Origin: an uncultured Methanomicrobiaceae archaeon
Lineage (GTDB): Archaea > Halobacteriota > Methanomicrobia > Methanomicrobiales > Methanoculleaceae
Reading direction: 5' to 3'
Length of the DNA stretch: 29,231 nucleotides
NCBI GenBank assembly: GCA_963826525.1
Contig: CAWGXH010000007.1
Span: forward strand, 1 to 29,231
The translations under genes and the position numbers were made by a program. Under the pieces are notes generated by a model, which saw nothing but the letters and a program-made list of their open reading frames with translations, had not been told where the DNA came from and made no database searches. Every line of letters starts with the position of its first letter. Position 1 is the stretch's first letter. This document shows positions 1 through 11,359 of the stretch, piece by piece.

Positions 1-145
1 CTGGATCTCCATGAACGACGGGCGATACCGATGGTCACACCGCTCTCGGCGCCCACGGTGTCGGCAGCGGCGGCGATGCGGTGCGCTCGTGCGCCGATGC
101 CCTCCTGGTAGGTCTTCAGGTTGATCAGATCAGAGGTGACTCCAT
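1..145 (-). CDS. tpiA: Triosephosphate isomerase, 5' part (runs off window; frameshift near 125)
   Basis: Manual translation from ATG at 145: MESPLI/INLKTYQEGIGTRAHRIAAAADTVGAESGVTIGIA, matching the archaeal TIM N-terminus (NxKTY motif). Confidence 0.85.
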
Positions 146-172
146 TTCAATCACTTCTGACTCATAGGGCAA

Positions 173-2747
173 TCATTTAATAGACAATAGCCCTCGAAAG
201 AGGGGGCTACCGTCGGAGGTGCCCCGGAGGAAATGGCCTGCGGTTATCCCGCCGCACGAACGCTGCTTCACCGCATCTTTCAGGTGCGGCGTGACGCCGC
301 CCGACTCGATCGCCGTGCGGTATAACTCGGCCATCTCACGGGCATACCGCTCGCCCCGGCCGCGGGCATCGATCACGAGCGAGTCAAGACCGGCTCCGAT
401 CAGGGCGGGGAGGTGGTCGATCAGAGATGTCTCGACCGCGTTTGCGAGGTACGTCCTTCCCTCGCTGTCGGTTCTGATCGGAAAGATGTGGCGCTTCGTA
501 TCCCGGATGCCGTGAAGGCATCCCCGGATTCTGCCCCGGCAAGCCGGAGCAGGCGATCTTCGGTGACCAGCGCTTCGAGGTTACCCTGAACGATAAACCC
601 GAAGAGCATGCCGGAGAGAGTCTGCCGCGACCGTGCGACGAGATCGGCAAGGTCGGCGGCAGGGACCTCCGGGGAGAGGTGAGTACCGGAAGAGCGGGCC
701 CACGCCGACCGCCCGGTGGTTCCAGATGTTGAGACCCGCCGCACCGTAGAGTGGGAGTTCAGGCACGGCCTTCGATGCTGCTGCCGCCGCCCCGGTGCCG
801 CTCACCATGACCCCGCCGACGCCCGCCCCGGCAAGCGAGGGGAGGAGGGGGACGGCCGCATTGAGAAAGCCGGGCGGGGTTATCGGCGGCCACTTCCAGA
901 CCAGATCCGCCCCTTCGCTCCGGCAGACCGCCGCCGCTTCGGCGAGGAGGCCGAATCTGCCCTGACCTGTGGCTCGAAGAAGACGGTAGCGGCACCGCCT
1001 GCCGCCCCGCCCCGCACTTCGTCGAGCGTTGCGGCATAGACGGCGACGGTAGGACGCTGCCCCTCTACCGGCGGTGTGGGGAGAGCGGTCAGTGCCGGGA
1101 GGAGTGCCCGGAATCGCTCCGCCGCCGCTCCGACCGCTGCAGCGTCCGGCCGGTACGCGGCGGCAAGGGCTGAGGCGGCGCGGTCGAGGAACGATCTCCG
1201 CATCCGGTTCAGTTCACCGATGGGCGTGAAAAGACCGCCCGGATACTCAAGCCGAAGGTTCCGGATCGTGAACGGCGTCCCGCCCGTCTTCGCCAGCTGT
1301 GCCGCTATCTGATCCCCGGTGAGCGGGCGGCTCCGCGCCGGCTCCATCGGAGCATCGGACCGCATGCTGAACCGAATCTCCCGCCCGTCCGGGGCAGTGG
1401 CCGTCCCCTCGAAGACGGGGACGCACTCCTCCCATGACACCCGGATATCGAGCGGAAGCGGCGGGATCTCGCGGGCGATGATGCCCCGGGCACGCTCTTC
1501 GAATGCCGCCCGCTTCGTCAGGAAGACCCGGGTTCCCCGGCCGACCGGAACCGGGGCCGGAAGGAGGATTCGATCGCCCCGAACGACCGGGGACGACCGA
1601 AGCACCAGCCCCTCCTCACCGTCGGGCAGGTCGCGGCAGAAGACGAGCCCGTCACCCGCCGCCGGGATGAGAATCTCCGGTACGGAGCACCGTCGCCTCC
1701 CGTCTCCCGGGGTCGTACCCGGTCACCGTGCCGATGAGAATTCCCCGGTTTCCGGGGAGATCCCTGCCCATGATCGCCTCGTCGCCGAGGATATACCCGC
1801 CGGTAAAGCCGCGGGAGAAGGCGAGCGCCAGATCCTGCATATCTTCCGGAGAAGGCGACCAGGTCCCGGCGGCGATGGCGTCGAGCGCCTTCCTATAGAT
1901 GCTCACCACCGTCGCGACGTACTCCGGCGACCGCATACGCCCCTCGATCTTGAGGGAGGCGATGCGGGAGGCCACGATCCTGTCGAGGTGCGGGTAGACC
2001 GCAGGGTCCCGGGTCGAGAGGAGATACGACTCATCGAGCGGAACCGGCCGGAAATCCAGAGGCCTGCCGTACTCGTCTTTCCGCCCGACGAGGAGGTCAT
2101 ACTGCCTTCGGCAGGGCTGGGCGCACATCCCCCGGTTTCCGCTCCGTCCGCCGATAACCGACGAGAGGAGGCACTGGCCGGAGTAGCCGTAGCAGAGAGC
2201 ACCGTGGATGAAGACCTCGAGCCCGATTCCGTATGCCTCCGCCGCTTCCCGGAGTTCCTCAATCTCGCCGAGAGGCATCTCGCGTGCGAGCACCACACGG
2301 GAAAAGCCGTGCTCGGCGGCATACACCACCCCTTCCCGGTTATGGATCGTCATCTGGGTGGATGCGTGGAGCGCAAGATCGGGCGCGAGTTGCCGGGCAA
2401 GCCCTGCAACGCCCGCATCCTGCACCAGCACGGCATCGGCACCGATCTCGTAGAGCCGGACGAGGTAGGCGGCAAGATCGGCGAGTTCGGCATCCCGCAT
2501 CAGGGTGTTAACCGTGACGTAGACAGAGACGCCACGGAGGTGGGCGTACTCGATCGCGCGAACCAGATCCTCATCGGTGAAGTTTGCCGCATACCGCCTG
2601 GCACCGAACCGCGTTCCGCTCAGGGTAGACGGCGTCCGCTCCGGCCGCTACCGCCGCGACGAGCGCGTCGAAAGAGCCTGCGGGGGCGAGGAGTTCCGGG
2701 AGCGATCCGATTCTTCGTGACTGTCTTTGCGAGATATCCATGCTCAT
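173..2747 (-). CDS. U32-family Fe-S protein with DUF3656-type region (RlhA-like RNA hydroxylase); split by several frameshifts
   Basis: PELLAPAGS..AGADAVY (ORF 2571-2789); HASTQMT; CYGYSGQC..GNRGMCAQPCR; SLKIEGRMRSPEYV (1652-2500); QLAKTGGTPF..PIGELNRMRR (880-1605); C-terminal ITAGHFLRG (173-376). Confidence 0.88.
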
Positions 2748-2856
2748 AGCTGCTCCAGAAAGTATGCAGGTACGTGTGAGGGGCGGCACTATATGCGTAT
2801 GCCCGGCCGGAGAGGAGAGCAGGAATTATGAGGAAGAGAGACACCAGTTTTTACGT

Positions 2857-3694
2857 ATGCGTAACGAACGGCCGCTGGTCGGTATCATCGGCGCAGGGCA
2901 TATGGGGAGCATGCTGGCGGAAGGCTTCCTCTCCACAGGTGCCCTTCTGCCCGGCGAGCTTGCCATCGCCTCCCGGTCGCGGAGAGGAATCGATCCGCTC
3001 CGGGAACGCTGGCCGGATATCACGGTTCTCCCCGACAATCCAGGCCTCGCACGCCTCTGCAGCCTGATCATTCTCTGCGTCAGGCCGCCGGATATCGACG
3101 GCGTGCTCGGCGAGATTGCCCCGGCACTCTCCGGGAACGAACATATCGTCTCTATCGCGGCGGGAATACCTCTCGAGCACCTGGAAAGAGAGTATGCAGG
3201 GCCGCTCTCGCGTGCTATGCCGAGCATCACCTCCGAAGCGGGCCACGGGGTCACACTCGTCTGTCACGGCCGGAAGGTATCCGGAGATGCGGCACGCGAG
3301 GATAGAACGCCTCCTTTCTGCACTCGGCAGGGTGCTCGAAGTCCGCGAGGATGACCTCCCCGCCGCCACCGTCGTCTCCGGCTGCGGGCCTGCGCTGATC
3401 GCGGCGATCATCGATGAACTCGCTGCTGCAGCCCGTCGGCAGAGCGGCCTTTCTCACGAGGAGGCCAGAGGCCTCGCCCGGGAGACGTTCATCGGAACCG
3501 CCGCACTCCTGCAGAAGACGGATATGAGCCCCGCCTGCCTGATAGAACGGGTGGCGACGCCGGGCGGCATCACCGAGGTGGGCGTATCGTCACTCCGGGA
3601 AGACCTCCCGGCAGCCTTCGACCGCATGTTCGAGCGGGCACGTGCACGAAACGACGCCCTTGCGGCCGATCGAAAGAGCGCCCCCGGAGAATGA
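2857..3694 (+). CDS. proC: Pyrroline-5-carboxylate reductase (frameshift near 3295)
   Basis: VGIIGAGHMG Rossmann motif, VSIAAG, RAMPS; second frame SGCGPA and VATPGGIT, both ProC signatures. Confidence 0.93.
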
Positions 3695-3737
3695 ACAGAC
3701 TTAATACCGAATACCGACGGTATATCTCCCGAGAGCT

Positions 3738-4367
3738 ATGAAACTCGTCGCCTCCATTCACGATCCCGATACGCTCGACCTGGCCGTTTCAGCAGGTGCG
3801 AACTTCATCGAGCTTCGCCTCGACCTGATCGAGGGCGACCTTGCGGATACGGTCGAACTGATACGGGCGAGAACCATCATTCCGATAATCGCCACGCTTC
3901 GGAGCAGGGAGGAAGGGGGGCGTTTTACCGGGGATGCGGATGCGTGGTTCGAGATCGTGGAGCCGCTCATCAGGCACGTCGATATCGTCGACGTAGAGGC
4001 GAGATACCGGGAGCACGCACCAACCATAATGACGCACGGCGTGCAGATCATCGCCTCGCATCACCGTCCGGAGATGCCGAACAGGGCCGAACTCGATGCA
4101 CTTGCGAGCGACCTGCGAGCGTTCGGCGATATCCCGAAGATCGCCGTCAGCCCGCAGTCGCAGGCCGACGTACTCGCACTCCTCGCGTTCACCTGCGAAG
4201 CGCCAAAACCGATCTGCGTCAGCATCGTGGGGGAAGAGTACCGCTATACCCGCGCTCTCCTCCCGCTCTTCGGATCGGAGTTCGCGTACTGCCACGCCGG
4301 AACCCCGACGGCGAAAGGGCAGTACCACGTCGAGGAACTCAAGCAGCTCCTCGAGATGCTCCGGTAA
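3738..4367 (+). CDS. aroD: Type I 3-dehydroquinate dehydratase
   Basis: IELRLD, TLRSREEGG, IIASHH, IPKIAV and PTAKGQ motifs in an intact 209 aa ORF. Confidence 0.92.
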   Translation: MKLVASIHDPDTLDLAVSAGANFIELRLDLIEGDLADTVELIRARTIIPIIATLRSREEGGRFTGDADAWFEIVEPLIRHVDIVDVEARYREHAPTIMTHGVQIIASHHRPEMPNRAELDALASDLRAFGDIPKIAVSPQSQADVLALLAFTCEAPKPICVSIVGEEYRYTRALLPLFGSEFAYCHAGTPTAKGQYHVEELKQLLEMLR

Positions 4368-4368
4368 C

Positions 4369-5375
4369 TCACTCTTTTCCTGCGGAGAACCCGCGGAACT
4401 TCTCCTGCTCGAGGAGCGCGTCGAGGAGCACGAGCGCCAGCATGCACTCCGCGACCGGCACGACCCGTACGGCGATGCAGGGGTCGTGACGGCCGGTTAT
4501 CCGTATCTTCCGCTCGTTTCCGGCCGTATCGATCGTCGCCTGCTCCTTCTCGATCGAGGGCGTGGGTTTGACGGCGATCCTGGCCACGATCGCCTGGCCG
4601 GTGCTGATCCCGCCGAGGATGCCGCCGGCGTTATTGCCGGCGAACCCATCCGGGGTGATCGGATCGTTGTTCTCGCTCCCGCGCATCCGTGCTACGGCAA
4701 AACCGGCTCCTATCTCGACGCCCTTCACCGCACCGATACCCATCAGGGCGGCGGCGATCATTGCGTCGAGCTTGCCGAAGACCGGATCGCCGAGCCCTGC
4801 CGGACACCCGGAGACGACGACCTCCACGATACCGCCGACGGAGTCGCCCTCCTGCCGTGCAGTGCGGATCGCCTCTTCCATCCCTTCGGGGGTGGTCTCT
4901 CCGCCGATCTCGGAGATCCGGCCGGCGACACCGATGCCGCACTGTTCGAGGCACTTTGCCGCAACCGCGCCTGCCGCGACGCGGGAGAGCGTCTCCCGGC
5001 CGGAACTCCGCCCGCCTCCCCGGTGATCGCGGACACCGTACTTCGCGGTGTACGAGTAGTCGGCGTGGCCGGGGCGGAAGATATCACGGAGCGCGTCGTA
5101 GTCGGCGGACTCTTGATTCCGGTTGTAGACGACAAGAGCGATCGGCGTCCCGGTCGTGACACCCTCGAAGGTGCCGGAGAGGATCTCGACTCTGTCCGCC
5201 TCTCTTCTGGGGGAGACCAGGCTGCTCGTGCCCGGCCGCCGCCGGTCGAGGTAGGGCTGGATATCCGCCTCGGAGAGCGCGATACCGGGAGGGCAGCCGT
5301 CGATGACGGCGCCGAGCGCTTTCCATGGCTCTCGCCGAAGGTCGTGACCCGAAAGTTTCTCCCAAACGTATTCAT
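4369..5375 (-). CDS. aroC: Chorismate synthase (frameshifted)
   Basis: [18 protein letters not shown] start; [40 protein letters not shown]. Confidence 0.96.
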
Positions 5376-6702
5376 TGCATCATCTCCCGCACGCTTTCCG
5401 CCTCAACAGCGATGCCGGTGAACAGGCGGAACTGCGCTGCGGCCTGGTGGACGAACATCTCGGTGCCGGGGATCGTCTCGCAGCCGATAGCCCGTGCCTC
5501 CCGGATGAGCTTCGTCTCGGGGGGCGTGTAGACGAGGTCGAAGACGGTCATCCCCCGCTCGAGCAGGTCCGCCGGAAGAGGGCTCCCCCAGCATCTTCCA
5601 TCCCGACCGGGGTCGTGTTGACGACAACGTCGGTATCGAGTCCCTCGAACTCGTCGAGCCCCCCCCATGCGCACCCGAACCGCTCCGCAAGGAGGCGGGC
5701 TTCGAGGGTCCGGTTCAGCACGGTCACCTCCATATCGAGGTCGCGGAGCGCGTAGACGGTCGCCGCCGCCGCACCTCCCGCACCGAGCACGACCGCCCTC
5801 GCTCCCCGCCGGTGCTCGAGCGGCGTCTTCACGCCGAGCCAGTCGGTGTTGAACCCGTGCATCCTTCCGCCGCACTGGACGACCGTGTTGACCGCCCCGA
5901 TGGCGGCCGCGTCCGCGTCGACCTCGTCCAGGAACGGTATGATATCCTGCTTGAACGGAATGGTGACGGAGAGCCCTCTGACGTCGAGGTCGCGTGCGAG
6001 CCTGACGATGGGTTCTATCGCGGGCCACTCGAACCGCGTGTAATAGTAGGGTAAGCCGTAGTGCTCAAAGAGCCTATTGTAGAGGGCGGGGCTTTTGCTA
6101 TGCGAGCAGGGGTTGCCGGCGATGCCGCAGATCCGGGTGAGCGGGTCGCGCTTTCGCACCGCCATAAGGTCGTCCGGGGCAAGGGAGCTTTCAGGCAGCG
6201 CCGGTGCCGCGGAGAGGACGGTTACGATCCGCTCGACGGTCTCCTCGACGCTGGACGCGCCGGTATCGATGCAGACGTCGGCGCTTGAGAGGTAGGCAAG
6301 CCTCCTCTTCCCGAGAACCTCCCGTATCTCATCCCGAAGCGGGAGCGACGTGAGCCCCGGCCGGTCGCTGCCCCGGATACGCTCCTCGATGACCGCAGGA
6401 TCGGCCGTCAGCAGAACGATCGTTCCGTTCCGGCGGAGCGTCTCCACGTTCGCCGGGTCGGTGACCGCTCCCCCGCCGGTGCTGATGACGCCGTCATATT
6501 CCCGGAGCGACGCGATAACCTCCCTCTCGAGACGCCGGAACGCCGCTTCGCCCTACCGCTCGAAGATCGCCGGGATGGCGATCCCCGCCTTCTCCTCGAT
6601 TACAGCGTCGGTATCGACGAACGGAAGGCCGAGGCGGTCGGCAAGCCGCCGCCCGACGGCCGTCTTCCCGGTGCCCCGATACCCAGTCAGGACGATCTTC
6701 AT
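5372..6702 (-). CDS. aroE: Shikimate kinase (P-loop AroK type) fused to shikimate dehydrogenase (AroE); frameshifted
   Basis: N-terminal [17 protein letters not shown]; the kinase C-half and the AroE N-half (HSKSP, SVTIPFK, IGAVNT, NTD, GAGGAA) share one reading frame (5548-6447); C-terminal [16 protein letters not shown]. Confidence 0.9.
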
Positions 6703-7968
6703 AGGAGTCCCGCTTCCGCGAGGGCGTCCCAGAACCCGGGGAACGACTTGCCGACGCATTCTGCGTCCCGGATCGTCATCCCACCGACCCCGAGGCCGAG
6801 GACGGCGAAGCTCATGGCGGTCCGGTGATCGTCGACCGGGTCGACGACCGCGCCGTGCAGCGGGGCGGGGATGATGGTGATCCGGTCGGTGCCGACCGAG
6901 ACCCCGGCTCCCATCCTCTGCAGGTTCTCCGCCGTGACCCGGACGCGGTCGCTCTCCTTGTACTGCAGGTGCCCGACCCCGGTGATGGTCGTCGGCGTCG
7001 ATGCCGTGGCCGCCACGACCGAGAGCGTCTGCACCGTATCCGGGGCGGAGGACATATCGATGGTGATACCGGAGAGATCGCCCGTCCGCGTGACGGTCAC
7101 CATATCGCCCGATGCCGCGACGATGCACCCCATCGCTTCGAGCGCGTCGAGGAACCGCCGGTCGCCCTGCACCGATGCGGGGGACAGGTGGTTCACGCGG
7201 ACGGTGCCGCCGCAGATTGCTGCCGCGGCAAAGAAGTAGGAGGCCGACGAGTAGTCGCCCTCGACGGTGTACTCCCTGCCGGTATACCGGGTGCCGCGCC
7301 GCACCCGGAACCGGGTATACCCGTCCCGCTCGACCGTTGCACCGAACGCCTCCATGACGTCGACCGTCACGTCGAGGTACGACCGGGATGCGGGCATCTC
7401 CGGGATCTCGAGTTCGACGTCGTCATCGGCGGAGGGAGCGGCCATCAGGATCGACGAGATGAACTGGCTGCTCATACTCGCGTCGACGACGGCCGTCCCG
7501 CCGGCAAGCCGCCCCTCGACCCGGATAGGGGGAAAGCCGGGGTTGCCGAGGTACACGACCTCGCCGCCGAGGGCACATAGCGCATCCACCAGCGGCCCGA
7601 GCGGCCGCTCCAGCATCCGCCGGTTCCCGGTGAGCACCACCGGACGCGGCGATACGAGGGCTATCGAGGAGAGGAGCCGGAGGCTCGTCCCGGAGTTGCC
7701 GAGATCGAGCGTGACCGGATCTCCGGTCGGGAGCCTCCCGCCGGTTCCGTCGACGATGATCTCGCTGTCCTGCCAGTCGACCGGGACGCCGAGGCTCCGG
7801 AGCGCCCGGGCGGTCAGCCGGGTATCGTCGGCGTCGAGCGGGCGGCAGATCCGGCTCCTGCCCGAGGCGAGCGAGGCGGCGATCAGCGCCCGGTGCGTAT
7901 AGCTCTTCGAGGGAGGAGCGGAGAACGTCAGCGTCCACTGCGGGACTCCGGGAGATGGTCACGTCCAT
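6699..7968 (-). CDS. aroA: 3-phosphoshikimate 1-carboxyvinyltransferase (EPSP synthase); frameshifted near 5' end
   Basis: PSSKSYTHRAL, GNSGTSLR, SSQFISS, EGDYSSA, KESDR, DDHRTAM, KSFPGF motifs; ATG at 7968 overlaps the pheA stop. Confidence 0.95.
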
Positions 7969-8756
7969 GCGGGCACCTCCCTCCTCGAGTAGCAGCCAAG
8001 TTCCTTCACCGCGGTCATCCTCGCGAGTTCCTCCCTCGCCTCCTCCCATCCGGGCGCGAGATCGAAGTCGATGAAGAAGACGTACCTCCCCATCCCCCGC
8101 CGGGACGGCCGCGACTCGATCCTCGTTAAGTTGATGGAGCGGACGGCAAAGACCCCGAGAAGGTCGTGGAGCAGGCCTGCCCGGTTCGCAGCGGGGTCGA
8201 CGAGGATGCTGCACCTGGTGCAGCCTGCTTCGTCCCGCGGCGTCGCCGATATCCGGACGAACCGGGTGACGTTCTGCATGCTGTTCTGCACGTCCCGCCG
8301 GATAACCGGGAGGCGGTAGATCTCCGCGGCACTCGAGGAGACGATGGCCCCCGCATCCTCGTGCTCGAGCATGGCAAGCGCGCTCGCCGCGTTGCTGCTG
8401 GTATGCACGATATCGACGCCGAGCCGGTCGAGAAACTCGCTGCACTGCTCATGCGTCTGGGGGTGAGCATAGATCACGGCAAGGTCGCCGGGATCGCACC
8501 GGGCTGCGAAATGGTGACGGATCGGCATGTACGCCTCCTCGACGATGAAGACGTTGGCATCCTGGAGCCCCCGGAGGGTCGAGCCGACACCGCCTGCTTC
8601 GCTGTTCTCGATCGGCACGAGGCCGTCCGCCGTGCCGGAGGCGACCGCCCCGATGATCTTTCCGATCGTCGGGAGAAGTTCGATATCGTCGCCGTAGAGC
8701 CGCAGGGCGAGCTCGTGGCTGAAGGTTCCGGCAGGGCCGAGTGTGAGGACGGTCAT
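7959..8756 (-). CDS. pheA: Prephenate dehydratase with C-terminal ACT domain
   Basis: LGPAGTFS, PIENSEAG, NVTRF, INLTRIESRP, YVFFID; intact ORF. Confidence 0.95.
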   Translation of the reverse strand: MTVLTLGPAGTFSHELALRLYGDDIELLPTIGKIIGAVASGTADGLVPIENSEAGGVGSTLRGLQDANVFIVEEAYMPIRHHFAARCDPGDLAVIYAHPQTHEQCSEFLDRLGVDIVHTSSNAASALAMLEHEDAGAIVSSSAAEIYRLPVIRRDVQNSMQNVTRFVRISATPRDEAGCTRCSILVDPAANRAGLLHDLLGVFAVRSINLTRIESRPSRRGMGRYVFFIDFDLAPGWEEAREELARMTAVKELGCYSRREVPAWT

Positions 8757-9577
8757 CGCGTCACCATATATCTGATAAGATCGTCGGTCTCCTCCGTGGC
8801 AGTTTTCCCGTAAGAGGCATAGTGATCGGTGTTCTTCGCGAAAAAATCGCGGAAGGCAGCAAGGTCGCCCGTCTCCACGATCGCGCGGAGGCTCTTTGCG
8901 GCATCCTCGAACGCGGCCAGCACCTCGGGCACGGCCGGGTTCAGCCGCAGCATATCGCCGTAGAGGTCGGCGTCCTGGGCGAGCAGCCGCCCGATCAGCC
9001 CCATCTGGATACGGTAGATGGGGCTCGTGAACGCGAGCGACTCCTCGACGTCCACCCCGGCACGCCGGATCGTATCGGCCGCACAGAGCGTTGCAAAGTG
9101 GGTCAGCCCCTGGATGACCGCCATCATCCGGTCGTGCTCTTCGGGCGTGGCGAAGGTCAGCACCGCCCCCTGCTCGCGGAAGACGCCGAGCAGGCGGTCG
9201 AGCGCCGCCCCGTCGCAGCGTGCGGGCGTGACGATGATCGTCTGGTTTCGAAGCGACTCCGCACCGGGCCCGAACATCGGGTGCAGCCCCACGACACCGG
9301 CCTTCGAGGCGAGCATGGCGCGGACGGGCTCCACCTTCAGCGAGGTGATGTCGCAGAGGAGCTGCTCCTCCGTAAGCACCGGGGCGATCTCGTCGATGAC
9401 GGCTATCGTCCTTCCTATCGGCACCGCGACCATGACCACGTCCGCCCGCTCTGCGACCTCGCGGTTCGAGAGAGGCGTATCACGCCCCGATACGATGACG
9501 TCCCATCCGGCGGCAGCAAAGACGGACGCAAAGAACCTCCCCATCTTTCCGGTGCCGCCGATGATCCCTGCCAGCAT
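8753..9577 (-). CDS. tyrA: Prephenate dehydrogenase
   Basis: GIIGGTGKMG, DITSLK, HPMFGP, EEHDRMMAVIQGLTH; ATG start at 9577. Confidence 0.94.
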   Translation of the reverse strand: MLAGIIGGTGKMGRFFASVFAAAGWDVIVSGRDTPLSNREVAERADVVMVAVPIGRTIAVIDEIAPVLTEEQLLCDITSLKVEPVRAMLASKAGVVGLHPMFGPGAESLRNQTIIVTPARCDGAALDRLLGVFREQGAVLTFATPEEHDRMMAVIQGLTHFATLCAADTIRRAGVDVEESLAFTSPIYRIQMGLIGRLLAQDADLYGDMLRLNPAVPEVLAAFEDAAKSLRAIVETGDLAAFRDFFAKNTDHYASYGKTATEETDDLIRYMVTR

Positions 9578-9581
9578 GCGC

Positions 9582-10568
9582 TCACTTCTCAAGGATCGTC
9601 TCCTTCACCGCTATGCCGAAGTGGCGGCCGCCCTCCGTCGCAGCCCCGAGGATCCGGTCGCCCTCTTTGAGGTCGACGACCGAGATCGCACCGCCGTCCT
9701 CGCCCACGAGGCGTATCGTCTCCGCGTTCTGGAGGATCAGGCTGACCCGGGCGTCGCCGGCCTTTGCCTCGACGAGGAGGAGCGGCCGGCGTTCAATCTT
9801 CACCCTTCCGACCACCGCGTCGGTCGTCCTGCCGCCGCGTTCCGCGACCGCGACGTGATCCCCGACCTTCAGGTCGGCGAGGTACGCCGTCTTCCCGCCG
9901 GGGAGCATGATGTAGGCATGGACGGCACCGGCATTGACCCGGAACGGCCGGGGCGCCACGTAGGGGTTCTCGAGCGTCTCCGGGTGCACGAGCAGGAAGG
10001 CGGAGGAGGTGTTGCCGACGAGCATCCCCTGCCCGTCCGCGAGGAGCGAACAGGTATCGACGCAGACCCTATCGCCCATCCCGACCGGCCGGATGCCGGT
10101 GACGGTGAAGGGAATGAGATCGGTGCTCCCGCCGGAGGATGCGATCAGCGATGCGACCTCACGGACGACGGCCGGATCGCCGGTCTTCAGCAGGATCCCG
10201 GCAATGCCGCGCTCAAGGACGGTCAGCGCGAGTTCCGCCTCCGCACGGTTCGTCACCGCCGCGACGATACGGTCCGAGGCTGCAACCAGATTCTCGAGCG
10301 GGATCACCGTCCAGTCGCCGGTGCTGACGATCACGAATCCCTTTCGTGAAAGCCTGACCGCCTCTTCTTCGCTCTCCTTGTCCACGATCGCCACCTCGAA
10401 GACATCCTCGCCGGGGACAAGATCCCCGTCGGGCGCGATGGCCGTCGTCCGTGCGAGTTCGCGGAGGTCTTCCGCACGGTCGACCATCAGAGCATCCGCA
10501 CCGCTCTCGATGGCGGTCGTGGCGAGATCTTTATCCCACGGCCTGAGATCGACCCAGAAGACCTTCAT
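9582..10568 (-). CDS. aroB': 3-dehydroquinate synthase II (archaeal AroB')
   Basis: DWTVIPLENL, GDRVCVDTCS, RPFRVNAGAVH, VGRVKIERRPL, QNAETIRL, GRHFG. Confidence 0.95.
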   Translation of the reverse strand: MKVFWVDLRPWDKDLATTAIESGADALMVDRAEDLRELARTTAIAPDGDLVPGEDVFEVAIVDKESEEEAVRLSRKGFVIVSTGDWTVIPLENLVAASDRIVAAVTNRAEAELALTVLERGIAGILLKTGDPAVVREVASLIASSGGSTDLIPFTVTGIRPVGMGDRVCVDTCSLLADGQGMLVGNTSSAFLLVHPETLENPYVAPRPFRVNAGAVHAYIMLPGGKTAYLADLKVGDHVAVAERGGRTTDAVVGRVKIERRPLLLVEAKAGDARVSLILQNAETIRLVGEDGGAISVVDLKEGDRILGAATEGGRHFGIAVKETILEK

Positions 10569-11359
10569 CCTTCCATCTCCAGCGCCCAGGCAGGGTCGAT
10601 TTCGTCATGCACCACCCGGCAGATCGCCCGGATGAACTGGCGCGGGTTATCGCGCTGGAACGCGTTCCTGCCCATGCAGACACCGGCGGATCCGGCCGCC
10701 ACGGCCTCCCCGAGGGTCGTCAGCGTCTCGATATCGCCGCCCTTCTCGCCGCCCGCGACCATCACGGGGACCGAGCATGCTTCGGTGATCCGGCGGAACG
10801 ATGCCGCATCCCCGGTGTAGTTCGTCTTGATCAGGTCGGCGCCGAGTTCTTCGGCCACCCGGACGCAGTGCCCGATCGCCTTCGGGGACGTGGGATCGAT
10901 CCCTTCGCCGCGGGGGTAGATCATGATAAGGAGCGGCATTCCCCAGCGGTTGCACTCTTTCGAGACCTGCCCCGCCGACTCAATCATCCTTGATTCGTTC
11001 GGCGCCCCGAGATTGATATGGATCGAGACCGCATCCGCACCGAGGGCGACCGCCTCCTCGACGGTGCAGACGAGCACTTTGTCGTTCGGGTCGGGGTTCA
11101 TCGAGGTGCTCGCCGAGAGATGGACGATGAGCCCGATATCCCGTCCGTGCTTCCGGTGGCCGCCCTTCACCATCCCCTTATGGAGGACGATGGCATTCGC
11201 ACCCGCTTCGCTGACCTCGGAGACGATCTCCGTCATGTTGCGGAGCCCCTCGATCTGCCCGAGCGTGAACCCGTGATCCATGGGGATGATCACCGATCTG
11301 CCCGTATTCCGGTTCATGATTCGTTCAAGACGTATCTCTTTTCCTATCATCTCTCTCAC
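10565..11359 (-). CDS. 2-amino-3,7-dideoxy-D-threo-hept-6-ulosonate (ADH) synthase / DhnA-type class I aldolase, copy 2
   Basis: PMDHG, HLSAST, GADAVSIHIN, YPRG, ELGADLIKT (Schiff-base Lys), GRNAFQ; start at 11359 or 11350. Confidence 0.9.
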   Translation of the reverse strand: MREMIGKEIRLERIMNRNTGRSVIIPMDHGFTLGQIEGLRNMTEIVSEVSEAGANAIVLHKGMVKGGHRKHGRDIGLIVHLSASTSMNPDPNDKVLVCTVEEAVALGADAVSIHINLGAPNESRMIESAGQVSKECNRWGMPLLIMIYPRGEGIDPTSPKAIGHCVRVAEELGADLIKTNYTGDAASFRRITEACSVPVMVAGGEKGGDIETLTTLGEAVAAGSAGVCMGRNAFQRDNPRQFIRAICRVVHDEIDPAWALEMEG

